A stretch of 64,000 nt of DNA from an uncultured candidate division Zixibacteria bacterium (lineage in GTDB: Bacteria > Zixibacteria > MSB-5A5 > UBA10806 > 4484-95): NCBI GenBank assembly GCA_963668625.2, contig CAXXKA010000010.1:160001-224000 (forward strand), in the 5' to 3' direction. How positions within the stretch are numbered: the stretch's first letter is position 1; every line of letters starts with the position of its first letter. This document shows, piece by piece, positions 49,307-59,370 of the stretch. The position numbers were made by a program, and so were the translations under genes. The notes under the pieces were generated by a model that made no database searches, was not told the DNA's origin, and was given only the letters and a program-made list of their open reading frames with translations.

Positions 49307-50152
49307 TTACCTGGTAAGGTCGCGGTATAGGTATGTCGCGCCGCCGAGTATGAACAGGTTGATACCTATGCCGAAAATGATTTTCAAACCCATCAGCCAC
49401 AGTATCAAATCGGGATTCAGAGTGTAGACGATGCGTGGTCCGAAGTCACGAATTATGATATCGAAAATCAAGCGGATCGTGCCGGGGAAGAAGACAATAA
49501 AATATGTCATAAAAAAGTTATGACTGCAAAGACTGAAACTCTCTCCGATCGCGCCGAAAAACGATTTTTTGCCTATGATTATCGAGGGGAAGGCATATAA
49601 CAAAAACGCCGAGGGTATGAACGCCATATATTGGAGGATAACTTTCAAAAGAATTATCCTTCGAGGCGAACCGAAAACTATTTCCACGAATAATAGTGAT
49701 AGTACTTTGAATATCGCGAATACGAGTATTAGTTCAAAAAGCCAGATAAATAATAATTTGATGTAAGACCGGAATGCCAGACCGAATCCTCTAGAGGTAG
49801 ACTGATTTTTCCCCTCATATAATCCGCCTAACTTGTAAACGGCGACGGCCGAGAATATCACCCAGAACGTGGGACCTAATATATAGTTGTCGAAATCGGT
49901 GAAAACACGGGGGACTGTAAGCAGATAAAACGGATAGTGAAACGGCTGGCTGGGTAGAACTTGCGATAGCAACGGCTGGATGAATTCTTTCCAACCCGGC
50001 ATAGCAAACCAGGTAAGAAGAATCAATCCCAGGGCTTGAGCCAGCGCCAGATAGAAAAACGGCGCCCAGGATGATGGTTTGAAGGTATTGGCAAACATCT
50101 GCATGTATGTTTTAAAAAATAGATTAAGCTTGTCAATGGCCGAGTATCGCAT
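49307..50152 (-). CDS. Hypothetical multi-pass membrane protein
   Basis: 281-aa hydrophobic ORF with GGGAG SD. Confidence 0.75.
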   Translation of the reverse strand: MRYSAIDKLNLFFKTYMQMFANTFKPSSWAPFFYLALAQALGLILLTWFAMPGWKEFIQPLLSQVLPSQPFHYPFYLLTVPRVFTDFDNYILGPTFWVIFSAVAVYKLGGLYEGKNQSTSRGFGLAFRSYIKLLFIWLFELILVFAIFKVLSLLFVEIVFGSPRRIILLKVILQYMAFIPSAFLLYAFPSIIIGKKSFFGAIGESFSLCSHNFFMTYFIVFFPGTIRLIFDIIIRDFGPRIVYTLNPDLILWLMGLKIIFGIGINLFILGGATYLYRDLTR

Positions 50153-50355
50153 AACGCTCCCGTTTAACGTAGTTTAACACCAACACTAATGGTATCGTCA
50201 TAAAGACTATTGTATTTAAAAAAATGATTTAGAGCAATTGTTAATTATTGGGCTTGTTAAAATGGTGTGTATTGATTAGATTGGAGGTGTATTGTAAGGA
50301 AAGTGTAATTGTGATGATTAGCTAATAATATTAACGATTATCGAAGGGATTAGTT

Positions 50356-53085
50356 ATGCGGAAATTACTCGTAGGAATTTTGGGGCTCGTGTTTGGTTTT
50401 AGCCTATCGGCTAATGCTGCGATTTTTTATGTCTCGGTTAGTGGTGATGATAACAGCGGGGACGGCTCACAGGCCAGCCCCTGGCAGCATATTCAATATG
50501 GTATAAACCAGTCGGACGATTTGGATACGGTTTATGTGATGCCTGGTACTTACGCCGAGCATCTCGATTTTAATGGTGAAAATGTGTCGGTTATTGGATT
50601 AGAAGGCGCTTCGAATACCATAATCACCCGAGAATCTCAGGATGCCCCATTGGTGAAATACAATAATGGTGAAACGCAAGATGCTATTCTACAGGGATTT
50701 ACGATTCATAATTCCACCTCAACAGGCATTTATATCAATTCGGCTTCTCCTCATATAAGAGAGTGTATTATCGAAAACAATGGGGCTAGTGGTCTCTCCG
50801 GTGGTGGAGTCAGTATAGTCGGCGGTGGTGCCAGGCCGCTGATTCGAAAAAACATTATCAGGAATAACTCGGTTTACAATGGTTATTTCGGAGGTGGTAT
50901 TTATAGTAGTGGCAGTTATCCGTTGATTGACTCTAATTATGTATTTTCAAACCAGTGTCCTGGGGATGGCGGAGCTATTTTCGTGCAAGGAGGATCAATA
51001 ACCCTCGATCATAATGTTATTTATCAAAATATGGGAAGTGATGAGGGCGTTGTGGTTCTTTCGGCGGTGATGGATGGTTTAATTTCGAATAATACTGTTT
51101 ATAATAATAATGTCGGGAGGTATTCCGGAGGGATTTTGCTCGGCAATGGTAGTAGTAACATAGAAATCAAAAATAACATTTTTACTGAAAACGATCAATA
51201 CGGTGTATATGTCCATTCAGGTTCTGAAAATGTACTCATAAGCTATAACTGTTTCTATAATAACGAGGCTGGCAGCATACATGGCTATACCCAGGGGCCC
51301 GGTAATATTTTCTATGATCCTTTATTGGTCGACGCCCCTAACGGCGATTTCAGGCTTACTTCCGAATCGCCATGTATCGATGCCGGTGATCCGGCTTTCG
51401 GTACCGACCCTGATGGGTCTCCAATCGATATTGGGGCGATATTTTATGGCACGATTCCACCGGATTTAGCTATCCAAATACTCGAAGCCTATGGCGAACA
51501 AGGGCAAAATACGGATGTCGATATAACAGTCTTAGGTTTTTCCTCGATTGACGTTAGCGGTCTGGAATTTCATATTAGCTACGATGATGAATGTCTCGAA
51601 TTCGTTTCGTTCACGAGCGAGTATCTGGGCGACGCGTTAACCAATGTTGAAAACGGTACGATTCATATTATCTGGGAGGATTATGAAACTCCCCGGTCTT
51701 TCGATGAGGAAAGTGTGCTTTTCAATTTGGAATTCACCGTACTCGCCGATTACGGTACCGACTGTGCTATCGAATGGCAGGACAATTGTGAGATTGTCGA
51801 TGAAGTCGGTCAACCAATCGCAGCTCCGGTATATCTTGATGGTATCGTTCATTCGACCGCGATTAGAAGCGTAAGTGGCCAATTGATTTATTACGATTTA
51901 GTAAGCCCTATCGTGGATGCCGACATGTATATAGAGGGTGAAGTCATTTCCAATGAAACAGTCTCCGGTGAGGATGGAACTTACGGCTTTAATAACCTGA
52001 TATCAGGCGACTATTCGGTTACTGCATCAAAGGTAACTGATGATGCCGGTATAACGGTTAACGATATCATCCTTATACGTAGAGAGATTGTCAATTTGGA
52101 GGCGTTCGATAATCCCCTGAAATTTATTGCCGCGGATGTCAATAAATCAGGCTTTGTCAGTATCGCGGATGTCATCAAATTACGTCGTTATTTGGCCGAC
52201 CTCGAGGAACTGGCTGAAGGCAACTGGGTTTTCGTCGATTCAACGTTCGAGGTAGATGAGATGAACTGGTTTGATGCTCCCGGTTATCGGGATATCGCGA
52301 TTGTCGAAGACGATATCGTAGGTATTAGCTTCATCGGTGTTCGTCTCGGTGATGTCGACATGTCGTTCGGCGGGGCTAGAAGCTCGCTGATTTGCCTGGA
52401 TGATTCGGTATCGATTAACCTCAATACTGTCAATTGCCGTCCGGGTAACACCGTGACAATGCCTGTTACTACGACCGGTTTCAGCGATGTCGCAGGTGTG
52501 GAGATTCACATCAGCTACCCGTTGGATGCCATCTCCGAGGTTACGCTAAACTCCGAGGTTATCGAGCCCACTGCCAATGCCGGCAACGGTTATATCCACC
52601 TGGTATGGGATGATATTTTCAATCCGCTAGAACTGGATGATTTTGATGATATGCTCAACATCGATTTTACGGTTGCCGAGGGCGCGCCGGATACGGTAGA
52701 GATATCTTTCACAGGTTCGTATATCTGTAACGAGTATGGTGATGATTTTATTGTTGGATTGTATGATGGCTATATCTGCACCAATGTCACGGGTGTGGAT
52801 GACGAGACAAGCCCGTTGCCAACCTCGTACATGTTGAGCCAAAATTACCCTAATCCATTCAACGCGGCCACCGAGATAGCATTCGAGCTTCCGCAACAGA
52901 CCAGTGTTAATCTGGTTATTTACGATATACAGGGGCGCGAGGTAGTGACTTTACTTGATACGGATATGCCTGCCGGCGTACACCAGGTAAACTGGAACGC
53001 CACGTCTTATCCCTCCGGTATTTACCTGTACAAGTTAACGACAGGCGAATTCAGCGAGGCCAAGAAAATGCTTCTGTTAAAATAG
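50356..53085 (+). CDS. Secreted beta-helix protein with cohesin-dockerin-cohesin modules and T9SS-type CTD
   Basis: GDGS...PW.HIQ, parallel beta-helix repeats, SPCIDAGDP, dockerin-like ADVNKSGFVSIADVIKLRRY, two cohesin-like GLEFHISY/GVEIHISY domains, QNYPNPFN. Confidence 0.88.
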   Translation: MRKLLVGILGLVFGFSLSANAAIFYVSVSGDDNSGDGSQASPWQHIQYGINQSDDLDTVYVMPGTYAEHLDFNGENVSVIGLEGASNTIITRESQDAPLVKYNNGETQDAILQGFTIHNSTSTGIYINSASPHIRECIIENNGASGLSGGGVSIVGGGARPLIRKNIIRNNSVYNGYFGGGIYSSGSYPLIDSNYVFSNQCPGDGGAIFVQGGSITLDHNVIYQNMGSDEGVVVLSAVMDGLISNNTVYNNNVGRYSGGILLGNGSSNIEIKNNIFTENDQYGVYVHSGSENVLISYNCFYNNEAGSIHGYTQGPGNIFYDPLLVDAPNGDFRLTSESPCIDAGDPAFGTDPDGSPIDIGAIFYGTIPPDLAIQILEAYGEQGQNTDVDITVLGFSSIDVSGLEFHISYDDECLEFVSFTSEYLGDALTNVENGTIHIIWEDYETPRSFDEESVLFNLEFTVLADYGTDCAIEWQDNCEIVDEVGQPIAAPVYLDGIVHSTAIRSVSGQLIYYDLVSPIVDADMYIEGEVISNETVSGEDGTYGFNNLISGDYSVTASKVTDDAGITVNDIILIRREIVNLEAFDNPLKFIAADVNKSGFVSIADVIKLRRYLADLEELAEGNWVFVDSTFEVDEMNWFDAPGYRDIAIVEDDIVGISFIGVRLGDVDMSFGGARSSLICLDDSVSINLNTVNCRPGNTVTMPVTTTGFSDVAGVEIHISYPLDAISEVTLNSEVIEPTANAGNGYIHLVWDDIFNPLELDDFDDMLNIDFTVAEGAPDTVEISFTGSYICNEYGDDFIVGLYDGYICTNVTGVDDETSPLPTSYMLSQNYPNPFNAATEIAFELPQQTSVNLVIYDIQGREVVTLLDTDMPAGVHQVNWNATSYPSGIYLYKLTTGEFSEAKKMLLLK

Positions 53086-53107
53086 TTAAGAAGAAAATAA
53101 AGATAAT

Positions 53108-53140
53108 AAAAGGCGGTCGATTAGTTTCGGCCGCCTTTTT
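53108..53140. terminator. Bidirectional intrinsic terminator
   Basis: AAAAGGCGGTCGA...TCGGCCGCCTTTTT between convergent genes. Confidence 0.8.
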
Positions 53141-53315
53141 GATTGATTCTAAAAACCGCCGGTTTAGCCGGTGGTAGTTTACTATGTTTATCCCCCCTGG
53201 TTTCAAAGCGCCGCTTTGGAGCCTGCACGATAGCTAAAGAAGTAAATTATTCTACTTCTAATTAAACTCTTAACCAAGCAGCGTTTCGTATAAGGAGGCG
53301 AACAAACTGTTAGGC

Positions 53316-54857
53316 TCAGTGCTTGAAATGTCTCATTCCCGAAAATACCATTGCGATACCGGCATTGTCTGCGGCGGCGATAACATCTGGATCGCCCTTG
53401 GAGCCGCCCGGTTGAATTACCGCTTTAACGCCCGCCTCGGTAAGCACCTCCAGGCCGTCAGGCATAGGGAAGAAAGCATCACTGGCGGCGACCGCGCCCT
53501 TGGCCCGCTCACCGGCCTTGCGTACCGCTATCATCGAGCTATCCACGCGGCTGGTCTGTCCCATACCTATACCGACCGTAGCGCCATCCTTACAGATTAG
53601 CACGGCATTCGATTTCACATGTTTGACCATCTTGAAACCGAATAGCAGATCATCGATTTGACCGGGAGTAGCTTCCGTTTTCGTGGCGTTTTTCAGGTTA
53701 TCCGGCGATGGCTCTTCGATATCACGGGATTGCAGAAGTGCGCCGCCCAGTATTCTACGGGTTTCGAAGTAAGAGTTATCGGGTGGTTTCAAATCGCCCA
53801 CCGCTATGAGCCGCCTGGCTTTTTTCTTCTTCATCAATTTTAACGCTTCCGGTTCATAATCCGGCGCTATGATACATTCCACGAAATGCGTGTCGTGCAG
53901 AAGTTGAGCGGTCTCCATGTCGACGATGCGATTCAAACCGATGATAGAGCCGAAAGCCGAGAGTGGATCGGATTCGAGCGCCTTGTGGTATGCCTCGGCA
54001 AGCGTTTTGCCGACCGCCGCGCCGCAGGGGTTGGTATGCTTTATGACGGTCGCGAACGGCTCGTCGAAATCCAATATCATCTGTAAAGCGGCTTCCAAAT
54101 CCCAGAGGTTGTTAAACGACAGTTCTTTGCCCGAAAGCACCCGGGCCTCGGCCAGCGAGGTGAAAGCGTATGACGGTTCGGTATAAAGCGCGGCTTGTTG
54201 ATGAGGATTTTCGCCGTAGCGCAGCGTATTTTTCATCCTGAAATTAAGATTGAACGATTTAGGGAATACCGATTCGGATTCATTTCCCTGTCTGTTCAGA
54301 TATTCGGTGATCGCGTTATCATAAGCGCTGGTTCTGGCAAATGTTTTGGCGGCCATCAGCAGACGATACTCATCGGTGGTAGCGCCATTGTTGGCCTCCA
54401 TGATCTCCATCAGGCTGTCGTAGTCGATAGGATCGCAGATCACTGTTACCCGTGGATGATTTTTAGCCGAGGCACGAAGCATGGCCGGGCCGCCGATATC
54501 GATATTTTCCAACGCCTCGGATAAATTAGCGCCGGAGGATACCACCTGCTCGAACGGGTAGAGATTGACCACCACCAGATCGAACGGTCGTATATTCAAA
54601 CCTGCCAACTCGTTTAACTGATCCTCGCGAGCCAGTATTCCGGCGTGAACGTTCGGGTGAAGAGTTTTCACTCGTCCGCCCAGTATCTCGCCGGCTCCGG
54701 TCAGGTCGGTAACTTTCGTAACTTCGATACCTGCCTCGGAAAGCTTCTTGAAAGTCCCCCCGGAGGAGACTATCTCCACACCTTTTTCCTGAAGGAATCC
54801 GGCCAGTTTTTCAACGCCGGTTTTGTCGTAAACGGAAATTAACGCGCGTTTGATCAT
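53316..54857 (-). CDS. purH: Bifunctional AICAR transformylase/IMP cyclohydrolase
   Basis: RALISVYDK, GRVKTLHP, IDIGGP, LRYGENPHQ, KHTNPCG, SDAFFP, RHFKH. Confidence 0.98.
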   Translation of the reverse strand: MIKRALISVYDKTGVEKLAGFLQEKGVEIVSSGGTFKKLSEAGIEVTKVTDLTGAGEILGGRVKTLHPNVHAGILAREDQLNELAGLNIRPFDLVVVNLYPFEQVVSSGANLSEALENIDIGGPAMLRASAKNHPRVTVICDPIDYDSLMEIMEANNGATTDEYRLLMAAKTFARTSAYDNAITEYLNRQGNESESVFPKSFNLNFRMKNTLRYGENPHQQAALYTEPSYAFTSLAEARVLSGKELSFNNLWDLEAALQMILDFDEPFATVIKHTNPCGAAVGKTLAEAYHKALESDPLSAFGSIIGLNRIVDMETAQLLHDTHFVECIIAPDYEPEALKLMKKKKARRLIAVGDLKPPDNSYFETRRILGGALLQSRDIEEPSPDNLKNATKTEATPGQIDDLLFGFKMVKHVKSNAVLICKDGATVGIGMGQTSRVDSSMIAVRKAGERAKGAVAASDAFFPMPDGLEVLTEAGVKAVIQPGGSKGDPDVIAAADNAGIAMVFSGMRHFKH

Positions 54858-55753
54858 AAATCCCTCCCGGTCAGTTTGCGATGCGCTTCTTTGTATTTAG
54901 CCAGGGTATTCTCGATAATATCCTCCGGCAGCGAGGGCGGTTCCGAGTTCTTATCCCAGTCAGAGTTGGAAAGGTAGTCGCGGACGAATTGCTTGTCGTA
55001 GCTTTCGGGATTTTTACCCGGCTCGTAGGTTTCCGCAGGCCAGAACCTCGATGAATCGGGCGAGAGTATCTCATCGATAATGATAATTTTATCATCGATG
55101 AAACCGAATTCGAACTTGGTGTCGGCAATGATGATACCTTTGGTCAGAGCGTAGTCGGCGGCTTTGGAATACAAATCTATAGTCAGCTTGCCGAGTTTCG
55201 CGGTCAGTTCCGCGCCAACCAACTCCTCCATCCTGGCGATACTGATGTTTTCATCATGACCGCTTTCGGCTTTAGTCGAGGGCGTGAATATCGGTTGTGG
55301 CAGTTTATCGGCCAGCTTAAGGTCATCCGGTAGTATGTTGCCGTGAAGGTTTACCTTGCCGTTTTCAGACACTAGTTTCTTGTAGTCTTTATAGCCCGAA
55401 CCGATGATATACCCCCTGGCGATACATTCGATATCGATACGTTTGGCTTTGCGGACGATCATGGAACGCCCCTCGAGTTGATCACGATACTGTTTCAGCT
55501 CCTCGGGGTATCGATCGATATCAGCCGTCACCAGATGATTATCTACGATATCTTTCAAGTAGTCGAACCAGAAAACTGACATCGAGGTGAGGATTTTCCC
55601 GCGGTCGGGAATAGCATCGGGCAACACCCAATCGAACGCCGAGAGGCGGTCGGTGGCGATAAACAGAAGCTGATCGCCCAGGTCGTAAATATCGCGGACT
55701 TTTCCCCGGTTGGCGAGCTTTATCGTCCCCAAATCGGTTTGCATCACGCTCAT
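54854..55753 (-). CDS. purC: SAICAR synthetase
   Basis: GKVRDIY, TDRLSAFD, FTPSTKA, ADTKFEFG, PDSSRFW, DKQFVRD. Confidence 0.98.
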   Translation of the reverse strand: MSVMQTDLGTIKLANRGKVRDIYDLGDQLLFIATDRLSAFDWVLPDAIPDRGKILTSMSVFWFDYLKDIVDNHLVTADIDRYPEELKQYRDQLEGRSMIVRKAKRIDIECIARGYIIGSGYKDYKKLVSENGKVNLHGNILPDDLKLADKLPQPIFTPSTKAESGHDENISIARMEELVGAELTAKLGKLTIDLYSKAADYALTKGIIIADTKFEFGFIDDKIIIIDEILSPDSSRFWPAETYEPGKNPESYDKQFVRDYLSNSDWDKNSEPPSLPEDIIENTLAKYKEAHRKLTGRDL

Positions 55754-57276
55754 TCGGTCCCCCTGTAGTTATAACATTTGAATATATAAAATTCAGTCAC
55801 TTTCTTTCCGCCTTTTACTATTAACACCGTTTCCGGCCCCTCGACTCTTTCGAAAAATCGTTCGAGGCCGTCATTGTAGCTCTTCCTTTTATCATAAACG
55901 AAAATACAGTTTTTTCCTATGAGAGTATCAGGATCACACCAGAAATCGTACTGTAAGCCATTTTTGCCTACTATATTATTAGAGACGGTTTCCGGTTGGC
56001 CATCCATGTAAAAACGAAGTTGCGAGGCTGTTTTGTATTCGTATCCACAAATGAATAATTCGCCGTCATTCTTCATCTCGCTTTCTATTTTTTCCACCCT
56101 GTCGGCCAGTTCCTGCCAGCCGGCGACAGTATCGCCTTTGCCGAACGTGAAATTAGGCAGAAGTATCAATACATGCGCCGCTATAGTGGCGGCTATAGAG
56201 AATACCAAAGCGAATTTGGCATATTTTTTCAGGAAAGCGTTTTTCGATTCGAAGAACAGCGCCACCGCCAACGGCAGGGCGGAGCTATAAGCCGGCGCGA
56301 TCCAGTTCATTTTGACATAGTGGATAAACGCCACGGCCGAGAAGAACACGACAGTCGGAACAGAATACCAGAAAAATAACGCCAGCCGTGAATCGTTTTT
56401 GATCATCTTTATCGCTTTAATGAAAGCCCAGATGAAAAGTGGAAACAGGAAGATAGCCAGTATACCGACCTGTGAGCCCAAGTAGCCGAAAAAATAATCG
56501 AATCGAATATTATGAACCTCTCCCGCGCGTCGTCCGCTTTGAAATCCGAAACTGGCCCAGTCGTGAGTGTAATTCCAGATTACCACGGGCAGGAATACTA
56601 TGAACGACACGATTGCCGCAACGTATGGCCCGGGTTTCAGCAGATGTTTTATTCTTTCTTTAGAGGTTATAAGGTATAGGGCCATACCCAGCCCGGCAAA
56701 GGCGGCGGTATATTTCGATACCATAGCGCAACCTAAAAATATGCCGGTCAAAATCCACCACTGCATACCGTTGCCGCCGGATTCCGATCGGCCGATCTTA
56801 TCCGCTCGATAGAGCGTAAACATGGAAAGCATCCAGAACAGCAGCAGTGGGCCATCGGGGGTGATAACCAGCCCCCCGAGCGCGAATATGAACGTGGTCA
56901 GGCCGATAACCACTGTCCAGAAAGCGATACGCGAATCGAACATTGCCCGCGTGAAATAGTACATTACCAGCGCGAGCATGAACGAGACGAAGATCGCCGC
57001 GAAATGGATGCCGAAATTGTTATCGCCGAACAACCCGGTGAAAAACAATATCAGGTAAGCCGCCATCGGGGGATGGTCGAAATACGATAGATCGGGATGC
57101 TGCGAGTAATTCCAGTAGTACGACTCCTGCGGTGCGACACCGAGGAATATCGCCATTATCATCCTTACTACGGTAACCCCTATTAAGAGATACCATACGT
57201 ACCTGTTATATTTACTGATAGAATCCAAGGCTGAATAAATTCTCCGTTCCGAAAGATAAATACCAATTGTCCTCAT
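55750..57276 (-). CDS. GT-C fold (GT39/ArnT-like) glycosyltransferase
   Basis: ESYYWNYS...SYFDHPP, TPDGPL, SKYT, PVVIWN. True start may be a downstream TTG. Confidence 0.88.
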   Translation of the reverse strand: MRTIGIYLSERRIYSALDSISKYNRYVWYLLIGVTVVRMIMAIFLGVAPQESYYWNYSQHPDLSYFDHPPMAAYLILFFTGLFGDNNFGIHFAAIFVSFMLALVMYYFTRAMFDSRIAFWTVVIGLTTFIFALGGLVITPDGPLLLFWMLSMFTLYRADKIGRSESGGNGMQWWILTGIFLGCAMVSKYTAAFAGLGMALYLITSKERIKHLLKPGPYVAAIVSFIVFLPVVIWNYTHDWASFGFQSGRRAGEVHNIRFDYFFGYLGSQVGILAIFLFPLFIWAFIKAIKMIKNDSRLALFFWYSVPTVVFFSAVAFIHYVKMNWIAPAYSSALPLAVALFFESKNAFLKKYAKFALVFSIAATIAAHVLILLPNFTFGKGDTVAGWQELADRVEKIESEMKNDGELFICGYEYKTASQLRFYMDGQPETVSNNIVGKNGLQYDFWCDPDTLIGKNCIFVYDKRKSYNDGLERFFERVEGPETVLIVKGGKKVTEFYIFKCYNYRGTE

Positions 57277-58792
57277 CCAACGCCCTGGCCAGATCGAGTC
57301 TTATGACCCGGGCTGTCGAGGATTTATTCAAACTAAGTCTCAGGCCAACCCCGATATCGGTTTTCAATTCTTTGAACCTGATATTCTCATCCCTGCGCCA
57401 AACGTTTCCAGCATCGAAAAAAGCGGCAGTACCCAGGCCTATGGTGAGAATTCGAATGGGGGTGAATATCTTATATTCTATGTTCGTTAAAAACCTTTTC
57501 GAGCCGCTCAGGTAGCGATCGGGGTAACCTCGTAGTCCGCTATCTCCTCCCAGCGTAAGTTGGAATACCGACTTTTGCCGCCAGGCGTACGTGGATATCA
57601 TGCGTATTGCCAGTAGTTGATACCGGCTCGGTTTAAAATAAACTATTCCCCTCATAGTGTTGGATATCCGGTCACGCCTCAAATCGCCGTCATAGTAACT
57701 GCCATAGCTGTTTTTATAACCGACATATAAGCTGCTTGTAGGTCTGCAGAAGAAACTGAAATCGACTGTTGCCGAGGTTAAGTTACTGGTGCCACCGAAA
57801 GTAGAGCCCGACCATAAGATCGTCGTGGTTAGCGTGGCGTGCTCGGTCAAATCCTCGATAGTGCCGAATTGATCGAGATATTTACCGGTGATATAACGGC
57901 GGGTCTGAATCCTGAAACCCGCGCCGGGACCGCTGAAAGTCTCATTCTCCGGGATTACGCCGATATCCGGGTAAGAGTTGTACAGGCCGTAATCGTAGTC
58001 GCTATAATTATAGAAAACGTACGGTTCTATCCGGTGATATCTGCCGAACGCCCGGCCGAAACTTATATCCACATGTTTGTAAGCTTTGTCGTAACGGTAA
58101 TATTCGTTTCCCTGATTGTAAAGACGCGGTATTAGCTTATCATCATTGATATTTATGGCATAAGTATATCTGGTATCCAGCGAGTAAAACGGCCTGTTGA
58201 TCGTAAGGATGCGCTGGTTGACGAATTCGAAATCGCTATAATATAACTGTACGCTGTTGTGGCTGTTTAAAAATCTCGGATCATAAGCTCGCACCAGAAA
58301 ACCATCGTTTTCATCGGAATTGAACGTGGCGTCGACCTCTATACCGACACCCAGTCCGGCGATATTCTTTTCCTCGGCATAGGCCGTAATGCTATAAAAA
58401 CCGCCGCCGCCTTCGGTCGATAGTCCCGCTACCGTTGTCCAGAGATCCTCTGTGGTTATCTTGATATCAATCGAGTCGGCGCCGACCTCGTGAGTTTCAG
58501 CTACCGCCTCTCCGATAAATTCGAGCGAACGGAGATTGCGCATGCTTTCGGTCAGGAGTTCTTTATCGAACGTATCGCCTCGTTCCAGCAATATCTCACG
58601 GCGAATCACTTTTTCTCGGGTTACTACGTGAAGGCTGTTAGCTACCTTAAACGGCATGTAGTATCTTTTGTCGAGTTCTCTGTCGAAAACGTTTTTACGA
58701 ACTATTTCAATTTTGCGCACGTATTTTTCGGCGTACGCGTGGGTGTGGCATACAACTGTAATCAGGGTTATCAGTATCGCAAAGAGTTTCAT
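57212..58792 (-). CDS. Omp85/BamA-TamA family outer-membrane protein (single POTRA)
   Basis: TREKVIRREIL, ESMRNLR, EKNIAGLG, LGG..GLRGYP, FFDAG, G.GLR. Confidence 0.88.
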   Translation of the reverse strand: MKLFAILITLITVVCHTHAYAEKYVRKIEIVRKNVFDRELDKRYYMPFKVANSLHVVTREKVIRREILLERGDTFDKELLTESMRNLRSLEFIGEAVAETHEVGADSIDIKITTEDLWTTVAGLSTEGGGGFYSITAYAEEKNIAGLGVGIEVDATFNSDENDGFLVRAYDPRFLNSHNSVQLYYSDFEFVNQRILTINRPFYSLDTRYTYAININDDKLIPRLYNQGNEYYRYDKAYKHVDISFGRAFGRYHRIEPYVFYNYSDYDYGLYNSYPDIGVIPENETFSGPGAGFRIQTRRYITGKYLDQFGTIEDLTEHATLTTTILWSGSTFGGTSNLTSATVDFSFFCRPTSSLYVGYKNSYGSYYDGDLRRDRISNTMRGIVYFKPSRYQLLAIRMISTYAWRQKSVFQLTLGGDSGLRGYPDRYLSGSKRFLTNIEYKIFTPIRILTIGLGTAAFFDAGNVWRRDENIRFKELKTDIGVGLRLSLNKSSTARVIRLDLARALDEDNWYLSFGTENLFSLGFYQ

Positions 58793-59370
58793 TTTATAAA
58801 TAGCGAAACCGCTTGCGGCAGTATCCGATGTTCGATTTCGAGGACACGGGCTGCCAGTGTCTCGATCGTATCATTGGCCATAACCGGTACCCGGCGTTGT
58901 ATCAGTATCGGCCCGTTATCGTATTTCTCATCGACGACATGTACTGTTGCCCCGGAGTACTTTTCGCCGGCCTCGAGAACCGCCCTGTGGACATTAGAAC
59001 CGTACATTCCTTTACCGCCGTATTTTGGCAATAAGGCGGGATGAATATTTATCACTTTTCCGTAATACAGTTTCAGTATCTCCCCGGGTATCATTTTCAT
59101 GTAACCGGCCAGTACTATCAAGTCGATTTCGTGATCGTTCAATATCTGTTTTAACGCCGTGATATAGTCGGCGTTATCAGGATAAACGACTTTGCTTACA
59201 TGAAATGTTTCGATACCGGCTTTACGGGCGCGTTCGAGACCGTAAGCTTTTGAATTGTTGGAAATTACCGCCTTTATTTCGGCTTTAAAAGAGCCTTTAT
59301 CACAAACATCGATGAGCGATTGAAGGTTAGTACCTCCGCCCGATATGAAAACCGCCAGTTTAAGTATCAT
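58789..59370 (-). CDS. purN: Phosphoribosylglycinamide formyltransferase
   Basis: ISGGGTNLQ, LAGYM, NIHPALLP, SGATVH.V...YD.GPI. Confidence 0.98.
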   Translation of the reverse strand: MILKLAVFISGGGTNLQSLIDVCDKGSFKAEIKAVISNNSKAYGLERARKAGIETFHVSKVVYPDNADYITALKQILNDHEIDLIVLAGYMKMIPGEILKLYYGKVINIHPALLPKYGGKGMYGSNVHRAVLEAGEKYSGATVHVVDEKYDNGPILIQRRVPVMANDTIETLAARVLEIEHRILPQAVSLFIK

